DNA from: an uncultured Actinomycetota bacterium
GTDB lineage: Bacteria; Actinomycetota; Actinomycetes; DATJPE01
Length of the DNA: 64,000 nucleotides
Assembly (NCBI GenBank): GCA_963851405.1
Contig: CAWKPB010000007.1
Location: forward strand, 351,876 to 415,875
Reading direction: 5' to 3'
The position numbers and the translations under genes were made by a program. The notes under the pieces were generated by a model. That model was not told where the DNA came from. It ran no database searches and saw only the letters and a program-made list of their open reading frames with translations. Of this stretch, positions 10,344 to 20,983 are shown piece by piece; the first letter of the stretch is position 1; each line of letters opens with the position of its first letter.

Positions 10344-10777
10344 GCGGGTTCATCACGTTTCGGATCGGTGCGCGCGAGTTGGCTGCGCCGCTGGATCAGG
10401 TACGCGAGGTCGTGCGTGCGGTCGGCGTGGAATCCCTGGCCGGTGTCCGAGCCCCGGTGACGGGGCTGCTCGAGCTACGTGGGGATCCGCTGCCCGTCGT
10501 CGACCTCCGGTCTCTCCCCGAGGAAGGCGACCTCGGTGACATCTTGGTATTGATCGGCGACGCGGACGGCCCGCTCGGCCTCGCGGTCGATCGGGTGGAC
10601 GAGGTTGTTCCTGCGGACGCCCTTGTGCCCGATCCTGCGCCGCGTCCGTTGGGGCTTCCCGCGTACGTCCAGGAGGTGATCCGGTCGGCCGACGATGGCC
10701 GCCCGGTCTTCTTGGTCAACCTTCGCATCCTGGCCGGTGTCTCGTCGGTCGCACCACCGGCTCCCAGCCACGCCTGA
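10340..10777 (+). CDS. cheW: CheW-like coupling protein
   Basis: GTGA overlap with cheR. ITFRIGARELAAPLDQVREV...LLELRGDPLPVVDLRSL...GLAVDRVDEV matches the CheW fold pattern. Confidence 0.75.
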   Translation: MSGFITFRIGARELAAPLDQVREVVRAVGVESLAGVRAPVTGLLELRGDPLPVVDLRSLPEEGDLGDILVLIGDADGPLGLAVDRVDEVVPADALVPDPAPRPLGLPAYVQEVIRSADDGRPVFLVNLRILAGVSSVAPPAPSHA

Positions 10778-10792
10778 GTCCTGCCCGGCGTC

Positions 10793-11890
10793 CTAGACGT
10801 AGCGCTCCAAGATGCTCGACTCGGCGACTCGGGACAGCCCTTCACGAACGGTGCGTGCGCGGCTCTCCCCGACCCCGTCGACGGTCTGTAGATCCTCGAT
10901 GCTGGCTGCCAGCAGCCGCTGCAGCCCGCCAAAGTGCTCGACCAGCCGGTCGACGACCAAGGTGGGGAGCCGGGGGACTTTCGCGAGGAGGCGGTAGCCG
11001 CGGGGGGAGACCCCTGCGTCCAGGGACTCGGTGGGCTGGCCGTGGCCGAGTGCGCGTGCGACCGCAGACAGGTCGAGAAGTTCGGTGCTGTCGAGGTCGT
11101 CGAGAGCCTCCAGGATCTGTTCGACCCGTCGCTGACGGCGGCCCACTGCGGGTGCGTAGTCACGGACCACGAGGTCCCGGTCGGTGTCGACGCCGCCGAT
11201 GAGTTCGTCGAGCTGCAAGGTGAGCAGCCGACCGTCGGTGCCGAGTTCTACGACGTAGCCGTCGATCTCGCGTGCGATGCGGCGCACCATCTCCAGGCGC
11301 TGCGCGACCGCGCACACATCGCGAACTGTGACCAGGTCCTCGATTTCGAGAGCCGACAGTGTGCCGGTCACCTCATCCAGTCGAAGCTTGTAGCGCTCGA
11401 GGGTGGCCAGGGCTTGGTTGGCCCGGGACAAGATCGCAGCCGAGTCCTCCAGGACGTAGCGTCGACCATCGACGTACAGCGCGATGATGTGCATGGACTG
11501 GCTGACCGAGATCACCGGGAAGCCGGTCTGTTTCGCGACCCGTTCCGCAGTTCGATGGCGGGTGCCCGACTCCTCCGTGGGGATGGTCGGGTCGGGGACC
11601 AGCTGCACGTTGGCGCGCAGGATCCGGGTGGCCTCGCGATCGAGAACGACGGCGCCGTCCATCTTGGACAGCTCGCGCAGGCCGGTTGCGCTGAAGGCGA
11701 CATCCAGGCCGAAGCCTCCCGTGCTCAACGACTCCACGACCTTGTCGTTGCCGAGGACCAGCAGGCCACCGGTGCGGCCACGCAGGATGCGCTCCAATCC
11801 GTCCCTCAAGGCCGTACCGGGGGCAACGGCCGTGAGAACCGAGCGCAACACGGTGTCTCGGTCGGCGGTCTTGTCGTCGCGCGCTGACAT
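10793..11890 (-). CDS. disA: DNA integrity scanning protein DisA (diadenylate cyclase)
   Basis: DAC-domain motifs: [30 protein letters not shown]-terminal HhH motif: [16 protein letters not shown]. Confidence 0.9.
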   Translation of the reverse strand: MSARDDKTADRDTVLRSVLTAVAPGTALRDGLERILRGRTGGLLVLGNDKVVESLSTGGFGLDVAFSATGLRELSKMDGAVVLDREATRILRANVQLVPDPTIPTEESGTRHRTAERVAKQTGFPVISVSQSMHIIALYVDGRRYVLEDSAAILSRANQALATLERYKLRLDEVTGTLSALEIEDLVTVRDVCAVAQRLEMVRRIAREIDGYVVELGTDGRLLTLQLDELIGGVDTDRDLVVRDYAPAVGRRQRRVEQILEALDDLDSTELLDLSAVARALGHGQPTESLDAGVSPRGYRLLAKVPRLPTLVVDRLVEHFGGLQRLLAASIEDLQTVDGVGESRARTVREGLSRVAESSILERYV

Positions 11891-11985
11891 GCCCGTACGG
11901 CCTCCCCGGTTGGTTCGAGGGAGTCTATCGGCGCTTCGGAGCCTCCCGGGACCCGCGAATGCGGGCGACCGGAGGTGGTGGGGTA

Positions 11986-13374
11986 TCAGCGCGTCGGGGG
12001 CACCAGGGCCGCCTCGATCGCCTCCAGGACGGTCGCGACCGGTCGTGCTCGGATGCCGGCGGGAGCGGCCCCCGAGTCGGGTGGCACTACAGCGTGGGTG
12101 AACCCGAGTCGGGCGGCCTCGCTGAGTCGTCGATTGACTGATGGGACGCCGCGGACTTCTCCAGCCAGCCCGACTTCGCCGACCGCCACCAGGCCACCTC
12201 TGACCGGCCGACCCAGGGCCGCCGAAGCCAGCGCGAGGGTGGCGGCGAGGTCAGCGGCCGGCTCGGTGGTGCGGACGCCGCCGACTGTGGACACGTAGAC
12301 CTCCTGGTTGGACAGGTGGATCCCGCACCGCTGCTGAAGCACGGCGAGGAGAAGTGCGACGCGTGAGCTGTCCAGCCCGCCGGTCGTCCGTCGGGGGGAG
12401 CCGGCCTGGGACGGGACCACCAAGGCCTGGAGCTCGGCGCACAGCGGTCGGCGTCCCTCGAGGGTGACCGTCACCGAACTGCCCGGCACGGTCGAGGACA
12501 GCGCCGCGGAAAGGAACAGGCTGCTGGGGTCGGCCAGCCCGCGGATGCCCTCGTCGTCGAGCTCGAAACAGCCCACCTCATCCGCGGGGCCGTAGCGGTT
12601 CTTGGTGGCCCGGACCATCCGCAGCGAGGAGTGCCGATCTCCGTCGAAGCTCAAGACGACGTCCACGAGGTGTTCGAGTAGGCGTGGTCCGGCGATCGAA
12701 CCGTCCTTGGTCACGTGACCCACGAGCACGGTGGGGATCCCCTGGGTCTTGGCCACCCGCGTCAGGGTGGCCGCGACCTCCCGCACCTGGGTGACACCAC
12801 CGGCCGTGCCCTCGACTTCGGCTGAGGCGATGGTCTGGACCGAGTCGACGACGATCAGCGAGGGGCGGACGGCTTCGATGTGGCTCAGGACGGCCGCCAG
12901 GTCGGTCTCAGCGGCGAGGAACAGGTTGGGATCCAGGGCGCCGGTCCGGCCTGCTCGCAGGCGCACCTGGCCCACCGACTCCTCTCCGGTGACGTAGAGC
13001 GCAGGAGTCGCCGGGGAGGCGCAGCACGCGGCCACTTCGAGCAGCAGGGTCGACTTGCCGACGCCAGGCTCACCGGCGAGGAGCACGACCCCGCCGGGCA
13101 CCAGGCCGCCGCCCAGGACTCGATCCAGCTCGTCGACCCCGGTGGGTCGAGCCATCGTCTGATCGACGGCGACCTCGGGGATGCGCTGGGCCGGAGCCGA
13201 GACCGGTCCGGGCTCCAGGGTCCGCCCCCCGGGTGCGCCCACCTCTGAGACCGAGCCCCACGCCTGGCACTCGCCGCAGCGGCCGACCCACTTCGTGGTC
13301 TGCCACCCGCACTCGGTGCAACGCAGAGGAGCGACCGCTCGGGTCGAGGTGCTGCGGCTGGTGGATCGGGCCAT
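11986..13374 (-). CDS. radA: DNA repair protein RadA/Sms
   Basis: N-terminal zinc finger [21 protein letters not shown], Walker [16 protein letters not shown] motif, and a Lon-like C-terminal domain. Confidence 0.95.
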   Translation of the reverse strand: MARSTSRSTSTRAVAPLRCTECGWQTTKWVGRCGECQAWGSVSEVGAPGGRTLEPGPVSAPAQRIPEVAVDQTMARPTGVDELDRVLGGGLVPGGVVLLAGEPGVGKSTLLLEVAACCASPATPALYVTGEESVGQVRLRAGRTGALDPNLFLAAETDLAAVLSHIEAVRPSLIVVDSVQTIASAEVEGTAGGVTQVREVAATLTRVAKTQGIPTVLVGHVTKDGSIAGPRLLEHLVDVVLSFDGDRHSSLRMVRATKNRYGPADEVGCFELDDEGIRGLADPSSLFLSAALSSTVPGSSVTVTLEGRRPLCAELQALVVPSQAGSPRRTTGGLDSSRVALLLAVLQQRCGIHLSNQEVYVSTVGGVRTTEPAADLAATLALASAALGRPVRGGLVAVGEVGLAGEVRGVPSVNRRLSEAARLGFTHAVVPPDSGAAPAGIRARPVATVLEAIEAALVPPTR

Positions 13375-13426
13375 GTCCGGACCCTACGGGCGGACACCGA
13401 CGATCCTTGTGACCCTCGCGGTTGGG

Positions 13427-14722
13427 TCAGGCGCGCAGCAGCACGAGGACGAGCGCCCGCGCCACATCGGCCAGCTCCTCGAGGCGGACCTGCTCGAGCG
13501 GGCCGTGGGCGTAACGGACCTCACCCGGGCCAAGATGCAACGCGGGGATCCCCGCTCCGTTGTAGAGCCGAAGGTCACTGCCGTACGGCGCTCCGCGATG
13601 TCTCGGCGGCGGTCCGTCGGTCACGTCGACCCAGGCCTGCCCGACGACGTCCAGAAAGGGATCACCGGCTGGGAACTGACCGCTCGCGAACTGGCCGCCC
13701 GACCATTCGACGACCACCGGGTGGTCGCGAAGCCACGGGTCGCCCTCGCAGGCTTGCTGGATGCACGACTCGAACGCGGCTCGGGCTTCGGCCAGGTCCT
13801 CTCCCAGCGCGACGCCGTACCGGCCCTCGGCTGTGAGCCGGTCGGGGACGCTGCTGGACCAGTCACCAGCCTGGAGGCGTCCGACCATCAGCGGATAGGC
13901 GATGGGGTACTCCGCCATCACGGGGTCCACGTGTTCGTTGCGGCCGGCCTCAAGTCGTTGCAGGGCCTGGTGAATCGGGATGAATGCATCGATGGCGCTG
14001 ACGCCTTCATACCGGGTGCTCCCGTGGGTGGCCAGACCCTCGATGGTCAAGGTGAACGTGAGCGCACCACCGGTAGCCGTGATGATCGTGCCGCTGGTGG
14101 GTTCGGTGATCACGCAGGCCCGACCGGTGTGCCCGCGGCGCAGGGTTGCGAAGGCACCCAGGCCCCCGTCCTCCTCACCGATCACGCTGTGGATCGCCAC
14201 CCGACCCGGAAGGGTGACGCCAGACGTGAGTACGGCTTCGAGAGCGATCAGGTTGGCCACGGCCCCGGCCTTCATGTCACATGCCCCGCGGCCGTACATC
14301 ACGCCCTCGGCCAGGCGCGCCGTGAATGGGTCGCTCTCCCACAAGGACAGATCCCCGGGCGGTACGACGTCGAGGTGTCCCTGCAGGACCACCCGCGGAA
14401 TCTCTTCGTCCGGCCCCGGGGTGACGCCGACGAGGCCCCACGCTTCTTCTCGCGGTGCCTCGGTGCCGGGGAAGTCCGGGTCAGTGCGGAGCGCGTCGAG
14501 GTCACACGACCAGAGGTCGACGTCGAGACCCAGCCGCCGCAGATGCTCGGCGAACCATCGCTGGGCCTCGCCCTCGGCGGCCGACCCGGTGATGCTCGGG
14601 ATCGCGATGAGTTCGGCCAGGCGCGGACCCCAGGTGCGCTCACCGAGGTCCTCGAGGGCGTTCAGCGCACGTCGCTCGTCGGCGGTGAGATCGGCCACGT
14701 CGCGGGTGGTCAGGCTCGCCAA
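13427..14722 (-). CDS. M20-family ArgE/DapE-type deacylase/peptidase
   Basis: LQGHLDVVPPGD, GRGACDMKAG and IGEEDGGLG are metal-binding M20 signatures. Confidence 0.8.
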   Translation of the reverse strand: MASLTTRDVADLTADERRALNALEDLGERTWGPRLAELIAIPSITGSAAEGEAQRWFAEHLRRLGLDVDLWSCDLDALRTDPDFPGTEAPREEAWGLVGVTPGPDEEIPRVVLQGHLDVVPPGDLSLWESDPFTARLAEGVMYGRGACDMKAGAVANLIALEAVLTSGVTLPGRVAIHSVIGEEDGGLGAFATLRRGHTGRACVITEPTSGTIITATGGALTFTLTIEGLATHGSTRYEGVSAIDAFIPIHQALQRLEAGRNEHVDPVMAEYPIAYPLMVGRLQAGDWSSSVPDRLTAEGRYGVALGEDLAEARAAFESCIQQACEGDPWLRDHPVVVEWSGGQFASGQFPAGDPFLDVVGQAWVDVTDGPPPRHRGAPYGSDLRLYNGAGIPALHLGPGEVRYAHGPLEQVRLEELADVARALVLVLLRA

Positions 14723-15564
14723 AGCGGTTGGGTCAGGCAGGTCGGCCCGCCGTCACCCTTGACCGCCACCTCGCTGCCATCGAAGAGGTGGACCTTCACC
14801 CCGGCCTGGTTGAGAGCGGTTTCGACCTCCGCGTTGCCGGCCGCGAGGACCACCTCGCCCGGAGCGACGGCCAAGATGTTGGCGCCCTGCGTCAGCATCT
14901 CCGACTCGCTGACCGTGATGCGGCGGATGCCCCGTTGTTCCAGCAACTCGATGAGGGGCACCGGCGCGAGCGGCTCGTAGACCACGGCGAGGTCGTGATC
15001 GATGGGTGACAGGACGCTCATCAGGTGGAGGACGGCCTCTGGCCCTTCGTAGTGCGGCAGGTCGAAGGACAGCACCGTGACGCCGCGCGGCTGCATCAGT
15101 TCGCGGAGTTGGCTGATCGCCGCGGCGTTCGTCCGGTAGCCACGTCCGACCAGCAGGGTGCGCTCGTCGAGCCACACCTTGTCGCCGCCATCTGAGTAGG
15201 CCGGGGCGGTCAGTTCACCGAGTACGGGTACGCCGAAGCTCTCGAAGGCCGTACGCATGGCCGCCGGCTCTGGGGCCCGCACGGGCTTGCGCATGCGCAG
15301 GAGCACGGCGCCGTACGGCGTCATGATCGCCGGGTCGTGGGTGTAGACGGCGTCGACGAGGCCGTCGACCGGGTCGGCCACCAGCACGTCCGCGCCGAGC
15401 GACTCGAGCAGCCCGATGAAGCCGGCGTGCTGGGTCAGCAGGAGGTCGCGGTCCGGCTCACGCCATCCGGCGTCACCCACGAAATCACCGACGGTCGTGG
15501 GGGTTCGGACGAGGACCGTCCGGAGCGTGGACACCATGTCGGGCGTACCCCAGGTCTGCGTCAT
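14710..15564 (-). CDS. dimethylarginine dimethylaminohydrolase / amidinotransferase-family protein
   Basis: C-terminal GDGGPTCLTQPL (catalytic Cys context) and a pentein-like layout. Overlaps the downstream M20 gene by 13 nt. Confidence 0.7.
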   Translation of the reverse strand: MTQTWGTPDMVSTLRTVLVRTPTTVGDFVGDAGWREPDRDLLLTQHAGFIGLLESLGADVLVADPVDGLVDAVYTHDPAIMTPYGAVLLRMRKPVRAPEPAAMRTAFESFGVPVLGELTAPAYSDGGDKVWLDERTLLVGRGYRTNAAAISQLRELMQPRGVTVLSFDLPHYEGPEAVLHLMSVLSPIDHDLAVVYEPLAPVPLIELLEQRGIRRITVSESEMLTQGANILAVAPGEVVLAAGNAEVETALNQAGVKVHLFDGSEVAVKGDGGPTCLTQPLWRA

Positions 15565-15688
15565 ACCGCGTGACGCTAGCGCGCAGCGGGCGTGGCCAGC
15601 CAGCCGCCCACCGCCCCCGCCGCCGAATGTCGAGAACCGGCCCGTTCCGTCGCACCATTCGGGCGCTTTCCCAGCACTCGTTGGCGAA

Positions 15689-16441
15689 CTACCCCGTTGC
15701 GGGTGGGGGATCGGCGGGATGCGGCGCGACCATGGGCATCCGAGCGAGGTGGGTCTCGCAGTGGCCGACCAGTTCGCCGTACGCCCTGGGTCCCATCAGC
15801 GCCGTGAGCTCGGCGGAGTTCGAGACGTAGACCGGCTCCAGCCCGACATGTGCTTCCGTCGCACCTGAGCAATACCACTCCAGGTCGTGTCCGCCCGAGC
15901 CCCAGCCCCGCCGGTCGTACTCCGCGATCGTCACCACGAGCACCTCGGTGTCGTCGTGGCGAGTGACTCGCTCGAACGTTCGCCGGATCGGCAGCTGCCA
16001 GCACACGTCCGGCTTGGTCTCCACGAAGTGCACGCCCATGCGTTCGGCGTACCCATGCAGAGCGCAGCCGGGCCCTTTGGCGAAGTCGGCGCGATTCAAG
16101 AAGACGCAGCCGCCGTCGACGACGCGCGTCTTGCGGGCGCCCTCTTCGTCCTTCTCGGTGAGCTTCTTGGTTCCGTGGTACTGCCATTCGTCCGGGCGCA
16201 GCTTCTTCGCGTGCGCCAGCACTCGCTTCTCGTCAGCCTTGTCGGCGAAGTGGGCCCCGAGCGTGCAGCAGCCGTCGTCTGGGCGCCCGGCGATGACCCC
16301 CCGACAGCCGGACCCGAAGATGCACGTCCAGCGAGAAGTCAGCCAGGTGAGGTCGCAGCGGAAGACCTGGCCCGCTTCTGCGGGATCAGGGAACTCCACC
16401 CACGCGCGGGGGAAGTCCAAGGAGACCTCAGGCACTCGCAC
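15689..16441 (-). CDS. conserved Cys-rich hypothetical protein (possible metal/Fe-S binding)
   Basis: 250 aa. Cys clusters [42 protein letters not shown]. Coding-like codon usage. Confidence 0.55.
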   Translation of the reverse strand: MRVPEVSLDFPRAWVEFPDPAEAGQVFRCDLTWLTSRWTCIFGSGCRGVIAGRPDDGCCTLGAHFADKADEKRVLAHAKKLRPDEWQYHGTKKLTEKDEEGARKTRVVDGGCVFLNRADFAKGPGCALHGYAERMGVHFVETKPDVCWQLPIRRTFERVTRHDDTEVLVVTIAEYDRRGWGSGGHDLEWYCSGATEAHVGLEPVYVSNSAELTALMGPRAYGELVGHCETHLARMPMVAPHPADPPPATG

Positions 16442-16501
16442 ACCCTAGGTCCGGACCGCGCTCCGGCGGACACGCGGTCTCTGGCCAGGCTGTCGTTCGA
16501 C

Positions 16502-17521
16502 TCAGCCGAACAGCGCGCTGTAGCCGTTGAGAGCCGGCTGCCCCCCAAGGTGGGCGAACAGTACGGTCGACGTGCGGTCGATCTCCGCACTGGACACCAG
16601 GTCGATCAGGGCGGCCATGGACTTGCCCTCATAGACCGGGTCGGTGATCAGGCCCTCTTGCCTGGCCGCGAGCCGCATGGCCGACAGGGTCTGCTCGTCG
16701 GGGATCCCGTAGATGCCGGCGTGGTAGCGCTCGTCGAGCTCGATGTCTTCGACGCCGATCTCCCGTTGGACGCCCAACAGCGCCGCCGTTCCTTGGGCGA
16801 TTCGCCGCACCTGGTCGCGGGTCTCGATCGGCTTGGCCGATGCATCGATGCCAAGGACGCGCCGCGGCCGCGAACCGGACTCCTGGAGCGCTGCGAATCC
16901 GGCCACCATCCCGGCCTGGGTGCTCCCGGTGACCGAGCACACGATGATCGTGTCGAAGAAGACCCCCAGGTCACGTTCCTGGGCCTCGACCTCAGCCGCC
17001 CATCCGGCGAAGCCAAGGCCGCCCAGCCGGTGGTCTGAGGCGCCCGCGGGGATGGCGTACGGCTGTCCGCCCGCCGCCTCGATGTCAGCGAGCGCCTGCT
17101 CCCAGCTCGGTTTGAAGCCGATGCCGAACCCGTCCTGCACCAGGCGCACGTCGGCACCCATGAGCCGGGAAAGCAGGATGTTGCCGACTCGGTCATAGAC
17201 GGCGTCTGGCCAGTCCACCCAGGACTCTTGCACCAACACGCAGCCCAGCCCGAGTCGGGCAGCGACCGCCGCGACGGCTCGGGTGTGGTTGGACTGAACC
17301 CCACCGATCGAGACCAGGGTGTCGCACCCGGTGTCGATCGCCTCGGCCGCGAGGTACTCGAGCTTGCGGACCTTGTTGCCACCGAACGCCAGCCCGGAGT
17401 TGCAGTCCTCGCGTTTGGCCCAGACGGAGGCGCCGCCGAGATGAGCCGTCAGTCGTTCCAGCGGGTGCACCGGAGAAGGCCCGAACAGCAGGGGGACCCG
17501 TCGATAGTCAGCGAGAGCCAC
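16502..17521 (-). CDS. 1-aminocyclopropane-1-carboxylate deaminase / D-cysteine desulfhydrase family (PLP)
   Basis: [11 protein letters not shown] (PLP Lys), [16 protein letters not shown], and [17 protein letters not shown], which is typical of AcdS-like enzymes. Confidence 0.8.
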   Translation of the reverse strand: MALADYRRVPLLFGPSPVHPLERLTAHLGGASVWAKREDCNSGLAFGGNKVRKLEYLAAEAIDTGCDTLVSIGGVQSNHTRAVAAVAARLGLGCVLVQESWVDWPDAVYDRVGNILLSRLMGADVRLVQDGFGIGFKPSWEQALADIEAAGGQPYAIPAGASDHRLGGLGFAGWAAEVEAQERDLGVFFDTIIVCSVTGSTQAGMVAGFAALQESGSRPRRVLGIDASAKPIETRDQVRRIAQGTAALLGVQREIGVEDIELDERYHAGIYGIPDEQTLSAMRLAARQEGLITDPVYEGKSMAALIDLVSSAEIDRTSTVLFAHLGGQPALNGYSALFG

Positions 17522-17539
17522 GGCTGGTCCTCAGCTGCC

Positions 17540-18013
17540 CTAACCGCGCTTGATGTAGCCGGTTTTCGGGACCAGGCCTCCTTGGGGCGTGTAATCGTCG
17601 ACGTAGGACTCGGTGACCTTCACGGCTCCGCCCAGTCCTTTGAGGCACGAGCGCGGGATCTTCGCCGTCCACAGACCCTTGGCCGTTGCGTACTTGAGGG
17701 AGAAGTCGGAGCACTTCTTGATGGTGTCGCCCTTGACCAGGCTCTTTCCCCAGACGGCCCCTGGGTAGCAGCCACCGTCGATCGCGTACCGCGTGCCGTC
17801 CCGGTCGCGGAACTTCACCGTCAGGTACTTGATGGAGCACGTGCCACCAGGGGCCTTCAACTTGAACACCAGGTTGCTGTTGCCGTTCTTGATGACCAGC
17901 TTCTTGTAGCTGCCGGTGCCCGCCACCTTCTCTGTGGCGGCTTGTGCCGGCGGTCCGAACGCGAGCAGCGGTACTGCCAGTGCCAGGGCGGCGATGGTGA
18001 GAACGCGACGCAT
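17540..18013 (-). CDS. secreted Lys-rich hypothetical protein
   Basis: Signal peptide MRRVLTIAALALAVPLLAFGPPAQA. 4 Cys. Unusually Lys-rich for this genome. Confidence 0.5.
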   Translation of the reverse strand: MRRVLTIAALALAVPLLAFGPPAQAATEKVAGTGSYKKLVIKNGNSNLVFKLKAPGGTCSIKYLTVKFRDRDGTRYAIDGGCYPGAVWGKSLVKGDTIKKCSDFSLKYATAKGLWTAKIPRSCLKGLGGAVKVTESYVDDYTPQGGLVPKTGYIKRG

Positions 18014-18145
18014 GGGTCCCCCTCGTGACAAGTCCATGTTCAGCACAGGACGGTTCGTCGCCTAGTAACTCAAGGGCCGGGACTGACGTCAACCCTTGGG
18101 CTGATCATGCGGTCCGTCGGATCCCGAGCAACCCCCGCGCCCTGA

Positions 18146-18204
18146 TCGAGTGCGGCGAAGGTGGCGCTTTGGGCCGCGAAAACGGTCCCTTTCGCGGCAC
18201 TCGA
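18146..18204. repeat. hairpin repeat, H-type copy H2
   Basis: TCGAGTGCGGCGAA-N31-TTCGCGGCACTCGA. The inner GCCGCGAAA can pair perfectly with TTTCGCGGC. Near-identical architecture to 33179-33239. Confidence 0.7.
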
Positions 18205-18263
18205 CAAGGAGCGGGGGCTTGGGGGCGGCGCCCGGCGGCTGGGGGAGGCGGTAGCGTCCGACC

Positions 18264-19199
18264 ATGCGCCTTGGTGTGTTGGACGTCGGATCCAACACCG
18301 CCCACCTCCTGGTGGTGGACGCCCACGTCGGGGCCCCACCGACGCCCGCTCACTCGATCAAACGCGAGCTGCGCCTCGCGGAACTGCTCGAAGACGACGG
18401 CAGCATCGGCCCAGCGGGAATCGACAGCCTCGCGGCCTTCGTCAGCGAAGCGCTCGCCGAGGCCGAGGACAAGGGCGTCGAGGAGGTTTTCGGCTTCGCC
18501 ACGTCAGCGATCAGGGACGCCCCGAATGGCGAGCAGGCCCTGGCCCGCGTGGCGGCGGCATCTGGTGCCACGCTGGAGATCTTGTCCGGCGAAGAAGAGG
18601 CGCGGCTGACGTTTCTGGCCGCGCGGCGATGGTACGGCTGGTCCGCGGGCCGCCTGCTCGTCCTGGATATCGGGGGCGGGTCGCTGGAGGTGGCCTCCGG
18701 TCAGGACGAGGAGCCGGACGCCGCGTTCTCGGTCCAGCTCGGCGCTGGTCGGCTGACCCGCGAGTTCCTGCCCGAGGACCCCCCCGGTGCGCGGGCGGTC
18801 AAGGAGCTGCGCAAGCACGTACGCACCTCGTTCGCCCGAGACCTCGGCAAGGTGACCCGGATGGGTCCCCCGGACCGGGTCGTCGGCACGTCGAAGACGT
18901 TCCGGTCCCTGGCGCGGATCGCGGGTGCGGCCCCGTCCACGGAGGGTCAGTACGTACGGCGGACCTTGAAGCACTCCGACGTCCAGGACTGGCTCCCTCG
19001 GCTGGCCGACATGTCCGAGAGCGACCGCGCCGAACTCCCAGGTGTCTCGGGGGGCAGAGCGCGTCAGCTGGTCGCCGGGGCAGTCGTTGCCGATGCCGTG
19101 ATGGATCTGCTCGAGATCGACAAGCTGGAGATCTGCCCCTGGGCGCTGCGTGAAGGCGTCATCCTCCGCCGGCTCGACCAGTTGCCTTCTCAGGCGTAG
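18264..19199 (+). CDS. Ppx/GppA-family phosphatase (exopolyphosphatase-like)
   Basis: [36 protein letters not shown]: ASKHA-fold Ppx/GppA motifs. Confidence 0.85.
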   Translation: MRLGVLDVGSNTAHLLVVDAHVGAPPTPAHSIKRELRLAELLEDDGSIGPAGIDSLAAFVSEALAEAEDKGVEEVFGFATSAIRDAPNGEQALARVAAASGATLEILSGEEEARLTFLAARRWYGWSAGRLLVLDIGGGSLEVASGQDEEPDAAFSVQLGAGRLTREFLPEDPPGARAVKELRKHVRTSFARDLGKVTRMGPPDRVVGTSKTFRSLARIAGAAPSTEGQYVRRTLKHSDVQDWLPRLADMSESDRAELPGVSGGRARQLVAGAVVADAVMDLLEIDKLEICPWALREGVILRRLDQLPSQA

Positions 19200-20473
19200 C
19201 GCAGCAGCACGTACGGCACGCAGATCAGGACCGAGAAGAACGCGACCGGGATACCGAACTTCGCGAACTCCTTGAAGGAGATCGGGTGCCCGTACTGGCG
19301 CGCCAACCCGACGACCACGATGTTGGCGCTGGCGCCCACGACGGTGGCGTTGCCGCCGAGGTCGGCCCCAAGAGCGAGGGACCACCAGACCCCGTCGTTG
19401 GCCGCGAGCGCCGGAGTCTGCGCAATCAGTTCGGCCACCAGCGGGCTCATCGCCACGACGTAGGGGATGTTGTCGACCAACGCGGAGATGATGGCGGAGG
19501 CGACCAGCACGACGACCAGCGTCGCAGCGACGTTGCCGTCTGTGGTCTCGACCACCGCGTCGGCCAGAGTGTCGATGACTCCGGTCTTCACCAAGGCTCC
19601 GATCACGATGAAGATCCCGGCGAAGAACGCGAGGGTCTCCCATTCCACGGCCTTCAAGTACGACGCCGGCCCGGCCTTCGACAGCAGCACCATCAAGGCG
19701 GCGCCGGCCATCGCGACCACCGCGGGCTCGAGGTGGAGCGCCGAGTGGAGAACGAAGCCGACCATGACCAGCCCGAGTACGACCAGGCATCGCACGAGCA
19801 ACGGCCCGTCGGTGATGGCGGCTCGCTGGTCCAGGTCATCCAACTGGTCACCCGCGCCGGTGGCATCGGCCAGGGCGGACCGGAACAGCCATCGCGTGAG
19901 GAGGACGTAGCCGATCAGGATGAGCAAGACGATCGGCCCCATATGGACCAGGAAATCGTTGAAGCTGAGGTCAGCCTTGCTGGCGATGATGATGTTGGGA
20001 GGGTCGCCGACCAGGGTGGCGGCGCCGCCGATGTTGGAAGCGAGCACTTCGGCGATGAGGACCGGCGCCGGGCGCATCCCGATCCGGTCGCAGACCAGCA
20101 ACGTGACGGGTGCGATCAACACCACCGTGGTCACGTTGTCGAGGAACGCCGAGGTCACGGCCGTCACGATCATCAGCAGGACGAGAACCGGGTACGGGCG
20201 GCCGCGGCCGCGTTTGACCGCCCAGATGGCGAGGTACTCGAAGACCCCGGTGGGCCGCAGCACACCGACGATCACCATCATCGCCAGCAGCAGGAGCAGG
20301 ACGTCCCAGGCGATGCCGGTCTCGCGGGAGAACAAAGCGTCGTCGGTCGTGACGATGCCTGCGACCAAGACGATGGCTGCCCCTCCGAGGGCAGCAGCGA
20401 CCCGGTGCACCTTCTCCGTGGCCAGCAGGATGTAGACGGCGACGAAGATCGCCGCGGCGAACCACGCGGTCAC
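19190..20473 (-). CDS. ArsB/NhaD-superfamily anion permease
   Basis: 427 aa polytopic protein. [16 protein letters not shown] and ALVDNIPYV repeat motifs. GTGA overlap with the upstream CBS gene. Confidence 0.8.
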   Translation of the reverse strand: MTAWFAAAIFVAVYILLATEKVHRVAAALGGAAIVLVAGIVTTDDALFSRETGIAWDVLLLLLAMMVIVGVLRPTGVFEYLAIWAVKRGRGRPYPVLVLLMIVTAVTSAFLDNVTTVVLIAPVTLLVCDRIGMRPAPVLIAEVLASNIGGAATLVGDPPNIIIASKADLSFNDFLVHMGPIVLLILIGYVLLTRWLFRSALADATGAGDQLDDLDQRAAITDGPLLVRCLVVLGLVMVGFVLHSALHLEPAVVAMAGAALMVLLSKAGPASYLKAVEWETLAFFAGIFIVIGALVKTGVIDTLADAVVETTDGNVAATLVVVLVASAIISALVDNIPYVVAMSPLVAELIAQTPALAANDGVWWSLALGADLGGNATVVGASANIVVVGLARQYGHPISFKEFAKFGIPVAFFSVLICVPYVLLRYA

Positions 20474-20925
20474 GCGTCAGTCCCTCGGTCGGGGAGAAGC
20501 GCTGCCAACAGGCGCTGCACGCTGATCGCGCCGACGATCCGCCCGTCGTCCACGACAACGACGAGGGGAGCCCGGTTGTCCTGCATGGCCAGGGCGATCT
20601 CGATCACCGTGCAGTCGGGTTCGACGATCGCGGCTGGAGGTAGCTCGTCAGGCAGCGCTTCTCGCAGCGTGCGCGCTTCGGCAGCCTCGACCAACGCGTC
20701 GGCGTGCTCCTCGTCCCAGGTCCGGGCCAGCCCCGGGTTGCCCCGGAGATAGCGAGGGAGCGCCAGCCCCGCCACCTGGCTGCCGGCGACGACACCACGA
20801 AGCTGCCCGTCGTCGTCGGTGACGACGATCCCCGGCTGGCCCTGCGCGACGATGGCCATCGCCAAAGACAGGGGGTCGTCCAGGTGGACGACGGGTGTCA
20901 GTTGGGCCAAGTCCTGAGCCTTCAT
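20470..20925 (-). CDS. CBS-domain protein
   Basis: Two CBS-like segments ([13 protein letters not shown].., [18 protein letters not shown]). Start taken at ATG 20925 (MKAQDL). Confidence 0.6.
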   Translation of the reverse strand: MKAQDLAQLTPVVHLDDPLSLAMAIVAQGQPGIVVTDDDGQLRGVVAGSQVAGLALPRYLRGNPGLARTWDEEHADALVEAAEARTLREALPDELPPAAIVEPDCTVIEIALAMQDNRAPLVVVVDDGRIVGAISVQRLLAALLPDRGTDA

Positions 20926-20983
20926 GCCGATGAGGCTAGCCTCGGAGCGCTCAACCCGTCCGCCCCGGCCTACGCTGATCGTC

